A stretch of DNA of 42,167 nt from Octopus sinensis (lineage: Eukaryota), in NCBI RefSeq assembly GCF_006345805.1, contig NW_021835766.1, forward strand, positions 1 through 42,167. Reading direction: 5' to 3'. Shown one piece after another: positions 12,333-25,596 of this stretch. Every line of letters begins with the position of its first letter. Position 1 is the stretch's first letter. Below the pieces are notes generated by a model that was not told the origin of the DNA, made no database searches, and saw nothing but the letters and a program-made list of their open reading frames with translations. The translations under genes were made by a program, and so were the position numbers.

Positions 12333-13399
12333 TATGTATGTGCGTGTGCGTGTAGAAAGAGTGGGGAATTCATAGATATACAGAAATATATGAATAACAT
12401 CTCCAAATTTAATATCACAGCTAATTGCCATTTTGGAAAATAATTGGTTATTCTTCTCATTGTATTCGGTGAAGAAATCATTTATTCTCATTTGTAACTG
12501 AACTTTTTTTTCCAGTGACACATTTCAAACAGTATGATTGAACAGAGCAAAGTGAACAACACTACCGAAAAGATATAAAGAGTCTTATTATTTACAGTAC
12601 ATTGCAAAGTACGGCTTTGTTGGACTTATGAAGCTCTGTAACAAATCTATATAATTGCTATAAAATGACAACAAAAAGGATCCTGCTGATCTGTATATGA
12701 ATACACCGAAAACATACTGTGACGATCTTCAGCCAAAGCTAAATTATTGTCGCCAGAGTAATTAAGCCAGCAACCAAATTTTGGTGAGCGCAAAAGGTGG
12801 GAGCGGGCTGATAATTGTAATTTGATTCCCTAAAATAATAACTGTGCAAAAATAACAGTAAATGAACGTATTTCTAGAACACACTTGGCAGTAGTAAGTA
12901 TGACACTATATAAAGCCCACAGACCAGACTCCGCTCGTGCACTAACCGTCTACGTTTAGCTGCCAGTGTCCATAGCAACAGCCATGATGAAAGTCATATT
13001 GTGAGCTGAAAGAATGAAGAATAGAAAACATTGAATTGAGTTCTTAAATGTTTCTAGAAAATATCTTGTTTTTAACATCCTTGATTAGAATTGATAAGAA
13101 ACCCACTGAGTTAACACTGATTGTGATTTAGAGAAGGAAATATTGAAAACAGTGTCATTTCTCTTCATTTTGGTAAATAAACACCTGTTTATTTTCTCTT
13201 TCCGCAACTGTAAATCGATATCGTGAAGACACAAAAAACGTAAACAATGGCGAAACAATTATTGGATTTAGAAACAAAAATTTTTTTTAAAGGTTCGTTA
13301 TTCTGCGGAATGCAATCAGAAGTGTGATTATATTCATCAGATGTAAGGAAGCAAATAGCTTACACTTCTCATCAATAAATTTGTAAAAAGAAAATAGAA

Positions 13400-13660
13400 A
13401 AATGTTGGGGTGTTTGTAAAATTGGAATGCTCGAATATAAACTGAGCGCCACAAACAATGTCATTAGGAAATGCTGTCAACAGAAAAAAAAGTAGTTGAA
13501 AGAAAAAATAATAATTACCCAGATCAATCAAAAATCAATCAGTAGTCTGTAGAGAGACGAAGAAACACTCATTAAAAATTCCAGAGGTTCCTTCTCCTGA
13601 AGACTTGGAGTCATTCTACAGAAACAGGAGCAATGTGGCTAGAAGAAATCCAGAAGTAAT
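13400..13660 (+). mobile_element. Highly decayed Penelope-like 3' end with hammerhead-like remnant
   Basis: CTTCT-C-CTGAAGA (13597-13603)...GAAAC (13621)...AGAAG. Upstream translation faintly resembles a PLE endonuclease C-terminus. Confidence 0.3.
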
Positions 13661-13821
13661 AGCACCGTGTTACATGAAATATCTACTGTTAGCAATTTTT
13701 TTTTTTTACATTATGATAGAACAATTTCAGTTTAGGTAGGTACGCGGAAGAAGCTTAAAAATCGTCTTGGTACACAAACATACTCACACAGAGAGACAGA
13801 CAGACAGACACACAGGCAGAC

Positions 13822-13907
<86 letters not shown>

Positions 13908-13909
<2 letters not shown>

Positions 13910-14125
13910 TTCTTTATTGGCCACGCAGGGCTGAACACAGAAGGGACAAAATACAAAGTAGAGCTTTTCTTTTTGGGAAGAAGAGAAGGGAGAAGAAGAA
14001 GAAGAAGAAGAAGAAGAAGAAGAAGAAGAAGAAGAAGAAGAAGAAGAAGAAGAAGAAGAAGAAGAAGAAGAAGAAGAAGAAAAGTGGGTCGAATTTCGAT
14101 CAAAAGGAATCGTGAAAAAAAAGTG
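13908..14125 (-). mobile_element. 3' UTR-like fragment of a presumed LINE with internal (GAA)n; shares its tail with SINE family A
   Basis: Minus strand ends TTTGTCCCTTCTGTGTTCAGCCCTGCGTGGCCAATAAAGAAA but the upstream sequence is unrelated to SINE A. Confidence 0.5.
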
Positions 14126-14133
14126 GGGATAGG

Positions 14134-14226
<93 letters not shown>

Positions 14227-14228
<2 letters not shown>

Positions 14229-14387
14229 CGACGGGCTTCCTTCAGCTTCCGCCCACTAAATCCACTCACAAGACTTTGGTCAGCCCGAGACTATAGTAGA
14301 AGGCACTTGCCCAAGGTACCACGCAGTGGGACTGAACCCGGAACTGTGTGGTTGGTAAGCAAGCTACTTACCACACAGCCACTCCTG
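14227..14387 (-). mobile_element. SINE family B, 5' half
   Basis: Homologous to 620-775. Confidence 0.85.
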
Positions 14388-15183
14388 ATATCTACAGAAA
14401 ATACACCCAGACAACAATTTTAGATTTATACCTGTAATTAATGGAGCACTTTCTTACGTAATTGTCTCAGCACCAACGTTGAGGAACAAATCATTACAAA
14501 ATCAGAAAAGACACGGTTTATTAAGATATCACAAAGTTCCGTTAATGTAACTTTAAAAATATGTAAAATAATACACATATGAAGGTATATGCCGTAATAG
14601 AAGATACCTGTCGTAAGAGCGTAGGTGCTGCGCAATAGAATCAAAACCATTACTACAAAATTACAAAATTAACTTTCTTAACCACACGACTAGCATTGCG
14701 CTCCTATATACAAAAGTTAACAGCTTTATGCGTGGAATTAATTTAAATCGTCTATAAACCATTAATAAAGATTTTACACTGACAAGATGTCTGTCGAATA
14801 TAATTTTAATGAAGAAAATTATATGAAAATAGACATTAAACCAATTGATGAGATTCATCATCAAGGAATACAAGAGTGACATTTTAATCTCTGTAAGTAT
14901 TAGTATGGTTTAATGAAGCACCATAGAAACAACGACATCGCTATTTTCCGGTCGTAGCCGACATTTTAATGTATTATATTGGCGTAGATATTGGTTGGTG
15001 TTGCAATGTAATCATACGGAATGAAGAAAACAGAGCCTGCCGAATAGTTCTACAATATAATCTTTTATTCTTACGTTCTTTTTATTTCAGTCATTGGACT
15101 GTAGCCATGTTGAAGCACAAGGCCACCACTTCAACGGACATCGACAACTATTTCTTGGGTCGGTGACTAGTGGTGCATATCCG

Positions 15184-15225
<42 letters not shown>

Positions 15226-15304
15226 ACAAAATAATAAATAAAACATATGCATATATACATACATATATGTACGTACCTACATCTATATGTATATATACGT
15301 GCAT

Positions 15305-15720
15305 ATATAGGTACAGGACACCAAAAAAACGTCGAACAATGAGAAACGAAAACATAATAACAGAACTATGGAAATGGACATCTTTTTAAAACAACGAAAA
15401 AACAGAGTACAAGACATACAACACAAGGAAAATTCCCCTTCTTCAGCCGCCTCCGTTTCGTCTACTCCGTGTTTCGAAGGTAAAGGCAAGACACGACTTC
15501 ATGAAACGGTCCTTCCCGCAAATCAAATTAAATGAAATTTGAGATTTTTTGCAGAGGGGTAAAAGCGGTAAAAAAAACAGGACAGTAAAAACAATACCAG
15601 ACAGTAAAAATACAAATAAAAATAAAAAACAGTAAACGACAGCACAAGTAGAATAACAGTAATACGAACGTTAAGGGCTGTTAAGCCGAACGAAAGAAAA
15701 ATTATTTTGAACGCGTGGGA
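15305..15720 (-). repeat. Dispersed repeat fragment, possibly a Penelope-like terminal repeat
   Basis: Purine-skewed; contains minus-strand CTTCGAAAC...CTGAAGAAGGGG in the same arrangement as 6444 and 27157. Confidence 0.4.
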
Positions 15721-15732
15721 ACAACGGCCGGC

Positions 15733-16605
15733 TTACTTATTCAATCGACCCCGAAAGGATGAAACGCAAAGTCGACTTCGGTGGAATTTGAACTCAGGAC
15801 GTGGCGGCAGATGAAATACCTATTTCTTTACTACCCACAAGGGGTTAAACACAGAGAGGACTAACAAGGACAGACAAACGGATTAAGTCGATTATATCGA
15901 CCCCAGTGCGTAACTGGTACGTATTTAATCGACCCCGAAAGGATGAAACGCAAAGTCGACCTCGGTGGAATTTGAACTCAGGACGTGGCGGCAGACGAAA
16001 TACCTATTTCTTTACTACCCACAAGGGCTTAAACACAGAGAGGACAAACAAGGACAGACAAACGGATTAAGTCGATTATTTCGACCCCAGTGCGTAACTG
16101 GTACTTATTTAATCGACCCAGAAAGGATGAAACGCAAAGTCGACCTCGGTGGAATTTGAACTCAGGACGTGGCGGCAGACGAAATACCTATTTCTTTACT
16201 ACCCACAAGGGGTTAAACACAGAGAGGACAAACAAGGACAGACAAACGGATTAAGTCGATTATATCGACCCCAGTGCGTAACTGGTACTTATTTAATCGA
16301 CCCCGAAAGGATGAAACGCAAAGTCGACCTCGGTGGAATTTGAACTCAGGACGTGGCGGCAGACGAAATACCTATTTCTTTACTACCCACAAGGGGTTAA
16401 ACACAGAGAGGACTAACAAGGACAGACAAACGGATTAAGTCGATTATTTCGACCCCAGTGCGTAACTGGTACTTATTTAATCGACCCAGAAAGGATGAAA
16501 CGCAAAGTCGACCTCGGCGGAATTTGAACTCAGAATGTAGCGGCAGACGAAATACGGCTACGCATTTCGCCCGGCGTGCTAACGATTCTGCCAGATCGCC
16601 GCCTT
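15733..16605 (-). mobile_element. Head-to-tail tandem array of SINE family A, 184-bp period, ~4.7 units, one intact 5' head
   Basis: G(T/C)GGAATTTGAACTCAG at 15781, 15965, 16149, 16333 and 16517; A-box head only at about 16560-16605. Confidence 0.95.
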
Positions 16606-17179
16606 GTGAAGAGAGAGATATTGTTGTAAAAGTGTCTTTTTTTACACTTTTTTATCCTTCGCCCTTTCCTGCCACTTAAAAAAGTTTGGTTCTTTTTTAC
16701 GGCACCGCCCCCCCCCGTTTCTATATAAATGGAAATGGTAAATTCAGTCACCTCTAACCACAACTCACGATTATTTTGTGTTTCCATATTTGTAATCCAC
16801 CCAATCAACGCCCTGGTATCACCGCCCCCACACAAACACACACACACAATTAGCTCCACCGCCACCATCACCGTTGCCTACACAATACTCCCCTAATTGG
16901 AGGCCTACATTCGCCACATGAAAATCATCACTACCATCACCACCACTATCGCCACATGTTGCTACTACTACTACTACTACTACACTACTACTACACTACT
17001 ACTACTATTACTACTGCTGCTGCTGCTGCTGTAATTCTACTGTTACTTTTAGTATCGCCCTTCACTGCTGGCGTCGTTTTAAATAAGAAAAGAATGCTTT
17101 GAATAATATTGTCCCAGAGACTCTTTGAAAATGGAGTGGTCGTGTCTGTATCTTGTCTAAACTACAACAGCAACAACAA

Positions 17180-17372
17180 GTGGAGACGTAATGGCCCAGT
17201 GGTTAGGGCAGTGGACTCGCGGTCGTAAGAACGCGGTTTCGATTCCCGGACCGGACATTGTGAGTGTTTATTGAGCAAAACACCTAAGTTCCACGAAGCT
17301 CCGGCGGGGAGAGGTGGGTGAACCCCGATGTACTCTTTCACCACAACTTTCTCTCACTCTTTCTTCCTACTT
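17180..17372 (+). mobile_element. tRNA-derived SINE family C (octopus OK-like), 5' half
   Basis: TGGCCCAGTGGTTAGGGC A box, GTTTCGATTCCC B box; homologous to 30515-30900. Confidence 0.85.
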
Positions 17373-17864
17373 CTGCCACAAAGCAGAGGAACCATACTGT
17401 AACCCACTATGGTGTGGTAAACTACGTTGTTATCCTCATTCCGTAAACGGTGGCTTTTAACGGGTGGAGAGCTGAACCATCCTGGGGTACAGAGGATTCG
17501 CAATCTAGACTAGCGTCTAGATTTACCACACCGTATTCCCGTGATCCTTTCTGATCTCCTGCAAGGCATGAGAACGGGATGCGATTCTTGCCCTCACTTT
17601 ATTTTGATGATTACGCCGAGAAATTCTGGAAACTTAAGGGATTTAGAAACTGTGATTCCGGACCAAACATAAAAGTTTCCTATGACAATACCAAAACAAA
17701 AAAAAATATTTGTGATTAAGGAGTAAATTTGTGTTTGTGATATAAGAATCTTAGCATGGTTATAACGAAGGTCATTAAAAAGGGTTGAAATCAGAAAAAA
17801 GAAAAGCACAGTGTTCAGGAACCTTTAATTGTCCACGCATCCAACCGCACCCTATTACCATTAA

Positions 17865-19380
17865 ATCGAAAATAAAGTGGCCCAGTACAAACAGAATCCA
17901 GATTTGAGTATCTCTAGATAAGGATCAATATTTTGTGAAGTTGTGACCAACCTCAGCAAAAATATATTCAAAATGGCTCCAGCAGAAGAAAAAACAGAAT
18001 GTTGAAGAAAGTACGAATTGCATCCTCATCACAATCTAATGAATTCATTTCATTACATGAGGTAAAATAAAAATGGAGATTCTAGTGATACGAAGATCGG
18101 AGAACACGCCCAAAAGAAGAAGAATATGGCTGAAATCACATGAATTATTTACTCGCAACAGTTTTGAAGTTGGTGAAAGATTTGCCAAAATTAGGTTGGA
18201 TATTATAAGCATATACAAAACAAAAATAACTTGGAAGTCATTTACGCAGCCTCCTCTCAGGCCTTCTTCAAGATAACCTGCCAGAACCTGAGTCTGAGAA
18301 CTGGTTTGATGTTGTTGATCAGAGAAATCAAGTTATTTATGAAGAGTTACAAAATCGAAAATTTCCCATAGGTATCATATGCTAAACATTTTTTTCCAAA
18401 ATCAATTGGCAAAACAGGACACTCAGGATTCCCAGGTTGCACTTAGCGTTCTTAGAATTTATGAAACTCTATTCCTGATACCAAAAATGGATTTTTTTAA
18501 AATCAGTTTGTCTGGCTTCACCTGGAAAACTTGCATGTAGCTTTTCTCTGTAGTGATACAAGAAGCGTTAAACTATATTGCATTCCATAACATCTAAGGG
18601 TAGTTCTGATGGATCAGTAATTATGTTATCTAAGTTAAGTTAAGTTAATTTTTTGGCTCAAAAAGCAAAAGCAAGGCCATGTAGGAGGATATGGAGTTAT
18701 GTACAGGGAGGGTGTTTATGCAAAGAGTTCAGGCCATTTCTAGTCAAGAGAGTCTTTGAACCAAGCGGTCGTTGGCATCTTCACTATCTCGTCCGGCAGC
18801 TTATTCCACGGATCCGCGACCCGGACGGAGAAAGCCCCTCTCCTTCGATTGAGATGAAATCGTCGCAGATAGAGCTTTTCGGAGTGACCTCACAGCCGAC
18901 GCTCTGGAGCAGGAATGAAGAACAGCTCTTTCGCGAGGTTACACTTTCCGCTTATGATGTTGTGACGAGGATGAGATCAGCACGACGTCGTCGTTTTTCT
19001 AGAGAATAATGGTCGAGCGTCTTCAGCCTTTCAGGACCAATTGGCAGGCACTGGGATTAAGCAATGGGTTTGGCTGAGTTATTTCTTCAATCTTGCTTAT
19101 AATATCGATGGCATTAGCATTGAAAGATGTAAGAAGCTACTCAGAAGGATTAAAAATTAAAGGAACTCTGAGTTTATTATCGCTGCATGCTTGTATGGAT
19201 GACATCATCATAGTAGGGGAAGCAAGGAGAGGAATAAATACTCTCCTAGCGTGGTTGTTGGAGCTCTTCCGATCATGGCGACTATCCACCAAATCCAGAA
19301 AGCTGCAGTCTGCCCATAATGTCAAATTGGTCATTTCCATAAACACCTCAAGTAATTGTAGAGGTATAAATCACTTATGG
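17865..19380 (+). mobile_element. Decayed R2-group (HERO/NeSL-like) non-LTR retrotransposon RT, interrupted by a CR1 fragment
   Basis: Broken motifs in the expected order: KIKWPS..LDKD; SGFPGCT; VISSILLIISM; ACMDDIII (catalytic xxDD) ..LLELFRSW..K. Confidence 0.6.
18630..19032 (-). mobile_element. CR1-group LINE 3' fragment (second family) with (AACTT)n tail
   Basis: ERLKTLDHYSLEKRRRRADLI / GHSEKLYLRRFHLNRRRGAFSVRVADPWNKLPDEIV..FKDSLD, short 3' UTR, tail TTAACTTAACTTAACTT. Confidence 0.88.
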
Positions 19381-20542
19381 ATATGTCTGTAAGAATAAAT
19401 AGATTGAAGTCTGAGTAGAATGGTAAATGAATAATAAATAAATTCTCAAATAAATTAATTTGTAAATTGATTAGCTTGTTAATTAATTAAAAACGTAAAA
19501 AATGTAATAAAGCAATGAATATGTGGACTTCTGGAAATGTAAAAATAATCCGTAAGAGCTGAGAATCAAGTTTTGAATAAAAATCGCTAGAGGGCAAGAT
19601 AATACATAAATATGTTTCTTATTAATTTCCGATTTTACATTATGAAATATTTTCACATCAATTTTTTTTTTTTTTTAGTTTTTCATTTTTGTATTGTCAC
19701 CTTTATCTGCCCATAAACTCTGGAAAACTCACAATGGCTTCATCCTACACGAATCCATACTTCAATATTTTCATTATTTAATTAAACATAAGTATTTATA
19801 AAATTCGTATTATTCCTCTTTTTAACCATTTTCGTTCAATTATCTTAATATCGGTCTTTAATAGAACAAATTTACCAATATAAAACCTTCTCATATCTAT
19901 CTATTTTCAGCTGTATAGACACATTCCATCGTAATCTGCCTGTTTATCAACCGAATAATATTTGTACGTGTAGTCAACACAGAATAATCTTTCTCTATTC
20001 TAACCACGCCTGTAAATGGATATAATCCCTCACATACATCCCTTAATCAAACCTTTCGTGTTTACCTAATTCTTCCTCTATCAGGTATATGTTCTGAACT
20101 TTCCTGCTGCCTAACTATTGGCAAATTCTGTGCAATACAAAGAAAACTAAGACGCATACACATTTCAGTTCACAATTTGCTATTTAGACCTGCAATGTTC
20201 ATATCTGATCATTCAGATGTTGCGGTACTAAGTGGTGAGGCTGCCAGAAGTATTAAAGAAAGCTAATTGCCATTAGTATTAATCGCTCCAAGTGACGTGA
20301 TGATTCTAGTAGTTGGACAACTGTTAGGTATTGAAGTGACCAATTGGTGCTATTGAACTACTAGTCGATGAAGAACAACTCTGATGCAATAAACAAGAGT
20401 AGTGTATATAGTTTACATTAAAAATTCTAGTAAAATGGCAATAAAAATTATGAAATAGAGTTACTAAGATTAAAATTAACTAATAGGGAGTTCTAATGAA
20501 AATAGTTTGAAGATTCAGACTTCTCCATAGGGACACAGAGGT

Positions 20543-20963
20543 TTCTTATTTCTTTATTGCCCACAAGGGGCTACACACAAAGGGGACAAAGAAGGACAGA
20601 CAAAGGGATTAAGTCTATTAGATCGACCCCAGTGCGTAACTGGTACTTAATTTACCGACCTCGAAAGGATGAAAGGCAAAGTCGACCTCGGCGGAATTTG
20701 AACTCAGAACGTAGCGGCAGACGAAATACCTATTTCTTTACTACCCACAAGGGGCTAAACACAGAGAGGACAAACAAGGACAGACAAACGGATTAAGTCA
20801 ATTATATCGACCCCAGTGCGTAACTGGTACTTAATTTATCGACCCCGAAAGGATGAAAGGCAAAGTCGACCTCGGTGGAATTTGAACTCTGAACGTAACG
20901 GCAGACGAAATACTACTAAGCATTTCGCCCGGCGTGGTAACGGTTCTGCCAGTTCGCCACCTT
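20543..20963 (-). mobile_element. SINE family A head-to-tail dimer
   Basis: Two units joined at GAAATACC|TATTTC (20723-20736). Confidence 0.9.
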
Positions 20964-21519
20964 GCAATATGTGCGACTTTTCAGGGGAACGAAGACGAGG
21001 GTTAAATACTCATATGATTAAGGAGAAGCCTTTGTAAGGATACTCCGGGTTATGCTGGAAAAATCATTATCTCTTATCCAAAAACCTCTTAATAAAATGG
21101 AATAGTGGGCGTCTCCAAACCTGAAAGGGTGTATCTGGCCCATACCATGTGATCTGAACTGATTAATAAGAACAAACTTCACATATTTAATACTCCCACA
21201 TACAAAGGAGTAAACCAGATTTTCCCAGAGACTGCTAATACAAATATTTAATCAACATGACAATAGCAATACACACATGTATATTCATGATATCGTTCGG
21301 GTGTGTGTGTAGATATTTGGTGCCAGTGTTTTTACACACCCTTCACCTTTTGCAAGGATTCCCAGCCTCTTAAGAAAAGTTTGGAATTTTTTTTCCTCTA
21401 CAAAAAAAATGAAAGAAAGCCACTTCACTCATCTCTCCCCGCAACTCTTGATAATTTAATGTTTTCATATCTGTTGGTCCACCCCTCAACACCCTGGTGT
21501 CACCTCCCTCACATCTTCC

Positions 21520-22112
21520 ACCACCACCACCACCACCACCAGCAACAACAACAACACCCAACCTTCCCCGCACTTTGCTAATTGCTGATGCCACTTTTGC
21601 TATCTCCGCACCCCCAATACCTACCCGCTTCTACCACTACTGTCACTACCACCACCCTTGCCACCATCGCTACCACCGGTTCTACCATCGACCACCATCA
21701 ACTCCACCACGTCTACTATCACCATCACCACCATCACCGCCACTTACCTCCGTTATCAACCACCATCCCTCAAAACCAACCCGATTACCATTCTTGCTCC
21801 ACCGTCACCACCACTATCACCGCCACCTCCATCGTTACTACCACCGTCATCATCACCACAACAACCATCATCACAACCATCATTACCATCACCACTACCA
21901 CCACCACCACCACCGCCACCACCATTACCATCAACACCTCCACTCCCATCCATACCACTACCATCACCACAACCACCATCACCCCCACTCCCACTACCAC
22001 TATCAGCGCCACTTCCATCATTACCACCACCGTCTCCGCTACCACCACCATCACCATCAATACCACCACCACCACCACCACCACCACCATCAACAACACC
22101 ACCACCACCACC
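21520..22112. repeat. Degenerate (CAC/CAT)n low-complexity tract
   Basis: Directly visible; open in most frames. Confidence 0.9.
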
Positions 22113-22226
22113 CTTATCTATTCTGTCTCTAATTACAGTTCTCATTAACTATACAACTACTGAGTACAGTCTTAGACAGCAGCCATTTATCATTTCAGCT
22201 GGACTGCCATCACATCTACTTCACAT

Positions 22227-22265
<39 letters not shown>

Positions 22266-23469
22266 CATGCAAACATACACACACATACAAATACATTCAC
22301 AAACACATATACAAATACACACACACACACATACGAATAAACACATTTCTACATATACACAATACAAACACATTCTACCATTCTCTCTCTCTCTCTTTGG
22401 ATTTTATAAAACACATCACTTCTCTCTTTTTCTCTCTCTTTGTCTCTCCCTTTCTCTTTCTCTCTCGCTCTTCCTCCCGCTTTTCTCTTCTTCTCTCTCT
22501 CTCTTTCTCTCTTTTCAATTCCATCACACTCACACACACACATGCTCACACATACGCGCATGCTTGCTGATATACGCACACATGCACTTTCACTTATCTT
22601 TGTCTAACTCTCTCCCTCTTTCTCTCTCTCTCTCTCTCTCTCGCGCTTTCTTTTTGTCTCTCTTTTCCTTTCTTCATCTCTCTTTCTATCCCTATCTATC
22701 TCTCTTTCTCTCGTTACTTTTTACTGTCTCTCTGGTCCCCTATCGCACACTCGTTCGCGCGCCTGCAATCCCCGTTTATAGCCTTTTATTGTAGCCGCTC
22801 CCCTATAGAGCTCTGAAAATCTGGACAAGTTGTAGGTGACTTCTCTCTCTCCAGTAAGCAGAGATGTCTGAGAAATTCTATGCCCATCCAGAAGCGACAA
22901 AGGTATGTCAGAGTAAATTATTGTTACGTTACATTACCTTCGATGTGATGGCCATGTCGGGCGTATGACAGGCCATCAGTTTCTCAAACTCTTTTACTAC
23001 TGACTAAATAAAGGAAAGCTCATGCGAGGAAGCGATTCGTGTACGGGCTTAAAATTCTACACAGTGTAGCATGATTGTGTACAAGTGAGCATCGTTCGTG
23101 ATTAAGGACCACAACTGGGGGCAAATAGAAGGAACCCAGAATAGAAGGAACCGAGTCTCTCAATCATGAAGGTGAAGGGAGAAAACATTGTGAACTGAAC
23201 AACATAGCGTCTCTTTCATTGATATATGAAACTGGTCTGAGACTGGACATTTGGCCCCTCCATTGATTTACATAGTCAAATATAGGGGGTCACAGAAGAT
23301 AAAGCTGCAGGACATTTAGTTATACTTGACTACAAGGGTTCTCCGGCAACAAACGCACACGTACACACTCTGTCTTTTTCCTGCCCTTCCTCTCTCTCCA
23401 TATAAAAAAGTACTCCATCTGGTGAGAGATAAATGTTATTTGATAAACACAATATATATTTTAATGAGT

Positions 23470-23900
23470 CGCGATCAGTTTCATGCGATTTAAAATAGCT
23501 TAGACAACAGGGACGCATGATTAAACCTGTCATATATGTGACAGAAGTTACAGCAACGCAAGATGATAACGTAACCGAAAAGAAGCGCTATATAGGGCTA
23601 TGCGAAGGCGCTTTAAAAATCGCTATGCTAACCACATATCTTTCTCCCGACACAGGGACAAAAGTAAAACCGCTAAGTTGGTTAGTCACGTATGGAGTTT
23701 GAAGTCTAACGCCACGCCACATACAATAAAGTAGAAAATAGTTGAAAAGTCCACACCACATGTCAACGGATCAAAAGTACGTAAGCTTTGAGTAGCTGAA
23801 AGAACATAGATCCCTTTCACATTTAAGAACTCTACTTCTCTACTGAATTCCAGAACTGAAATTTTCAGATGTTATAAATATATAGATAAGTTCCTGTTGG
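23470..23900 (+). mobile_element. Penelope-like element GIY-YIG endonuclease C-terminal pseudogene fragment
   Basis: VIY...KRYIGLCEG, then a frameshift to KNRYANHISFSRH..LVSHVWSLK..IK*KIV..NGSKV.KL*VAE..LLNSRTEIF..KFLL. Confidence 0.85.
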
Positions 23901-24188
23901 TGACTTGGAAAATACCACCCTCTCTAGATTGAGCAGCTATACCACAGACTCTATGTCCCTATCCTTACAGCCTTATAACTATACGGTCAAAGAGAACATA
24001 ACTCTAATTTACACCCACTTGCTATTTCCTGTTCTTTCCCTATTATTGTTTCCTTTTTGTTTTTTATCTTTTCTTTTTTGTTTTCCGGTTTTTCAACCTT
24101 CCATCTTTTACATCTACTTCTTTTACGCCTTTTCTCGTTTTTTCCCTCATCCGATCGCCCTGCTTTTAACTTGATATGTCATATGAGC

Positions 24189-24245
24189 ACAGCCTGAGGA
24201 TTGCGTGAAGGCACCGGACGTGCCGAAAAATGCTGTCTGAGCTGT
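24189..24245 (+). ncRNA. Degenerate hammerhead-like motif downstream of the Penelope fragment
   Basis: ACAGC-CTGAGGA...GGCAC CGGAC GTGCC-GAAA...GTC...GCTGT; non-canonical spacing. Confidence 0.35.
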
Positions 24246-24371
24246 TTTCATCGCATGAAACTAATAGTATCTCATAAAAAAATATATTGTGGCTATAAAA
24301 TTATATATATATATATCAGTATGTATGTACGTATCTATGTATCTATGTATGTGTACACATATGTGTGTATG

Positions 24372-24403
<32 letters not shown>

Positions 24404-24419
24404 TGTATATATATTTATA

Positions 24420-24459
<40 letters not shown>

Positions 24460-25358
24460 ATATACACATACACACACGCACACACACACATCCTCAATCT
24501 TTTCCATCTCTTATTCCAGGTACACCTCTCATATCTTTTATCCCACACATCCCCACTCTACCCCCTATCTCTCATATTTTCCTGCTTCTTCCTTTTTTAA
24601 CCCATTCTTTCATCTTACACTTTCATCTGTCACCTTTTAATTCTCTCTCTCTCACTCTTTCTTTCTCTCTCTCTCTCTCTTTCTCTCTCTAACATTCTGT
24701 CTTTCTCTTTCTCTTCCATGCGTTCTATTCATAATTCTCCCTCTCAATCTCTCTCTCACAATCTCTCTCCGTCTCTCACTCACAAGCTCTTTCCCTTTCT
24801 CTCTCTCCCAATCTCTCTCATTTTCTCTCTCTCTCTCTCTCTTTCTCTCTCTCACGCACTCTGTCTTAATCTCTCTTAATCTGCTTTCCTATCTATCACC
24901 TTCTATCTCCCCACCCCATCACTGCTACAATACTTTTTCTTTCTCCCTTCTTTAACAAAAATAAAGAAAGAGAAAAGGGGACACAATAAGGTAGTCAAGA
25001 GAAAAAAATTCAACAAAATCAAAAGATTTTGAGAAGAAAAATAAAACAAAATTTTATGAAAAAGATGAAAAAGAAACAACAGTTTTGTTTTTTTTCTTTC
25101 AAATAGTTTCAGGTTATCTTATCGATACATCACATCTCGGACATACTCTTTAATTTCTCTTATTCTAAGCAATCTGATACATTCATCTGGAGTTGTTCCT
25201 TCTTTAAATGGTGACAGTAAGGGGTGTGTGGGGAAGGGAAGAGAGATGGCGGGGAGTAATGCTTCTTTTCCTACCTTCTACAATACATTTTGTATATACA
25301 TACAGACACACACACACACCACAACACACACACACACATATATATAATATATATATAT

Positions 25359-25426
<68 letters not shown>

Positions 25427-25430
25427 TATA

Positions 25431-25499
<69 letters not shown>

Positions 25500-25544
25500 T
25501 ATATATATACACATGTATATACACACATACACACACACACACAC

Positions 25545-25596
<52 letters not shown>

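Noticed and set aside
15733-16605. Regular repeat array as CRISPR-like, or repeated 64-aa ORFs
   Set aside because: Units are near-identical SINE bodies with no unique spacers; eukaryotic context.
19900-20400. Ser/Thr-rich coding-like stretch on the minus strand
   Set aside because: Stops in all frames and no identifiable family.
21497-22794. Long Pro-, His- or Thr-rich ORFs (up to 378 aa) resembling extensin, formin or mucin
   Set aside because: Produced by a degenerate (CAC)n tract open in nearly all frames and running into (CA)n/(CT)n; no domain or splice support.
22855-22902. Possible small exon (pyrimidine tract-AG ... AAG|GTATGT; MSEKFYAHPEATK)
   Set aside because: Good-looking splice signals but no recognisable protein, no partner exons, and chance occurrence is likely; needs RNA-seq.
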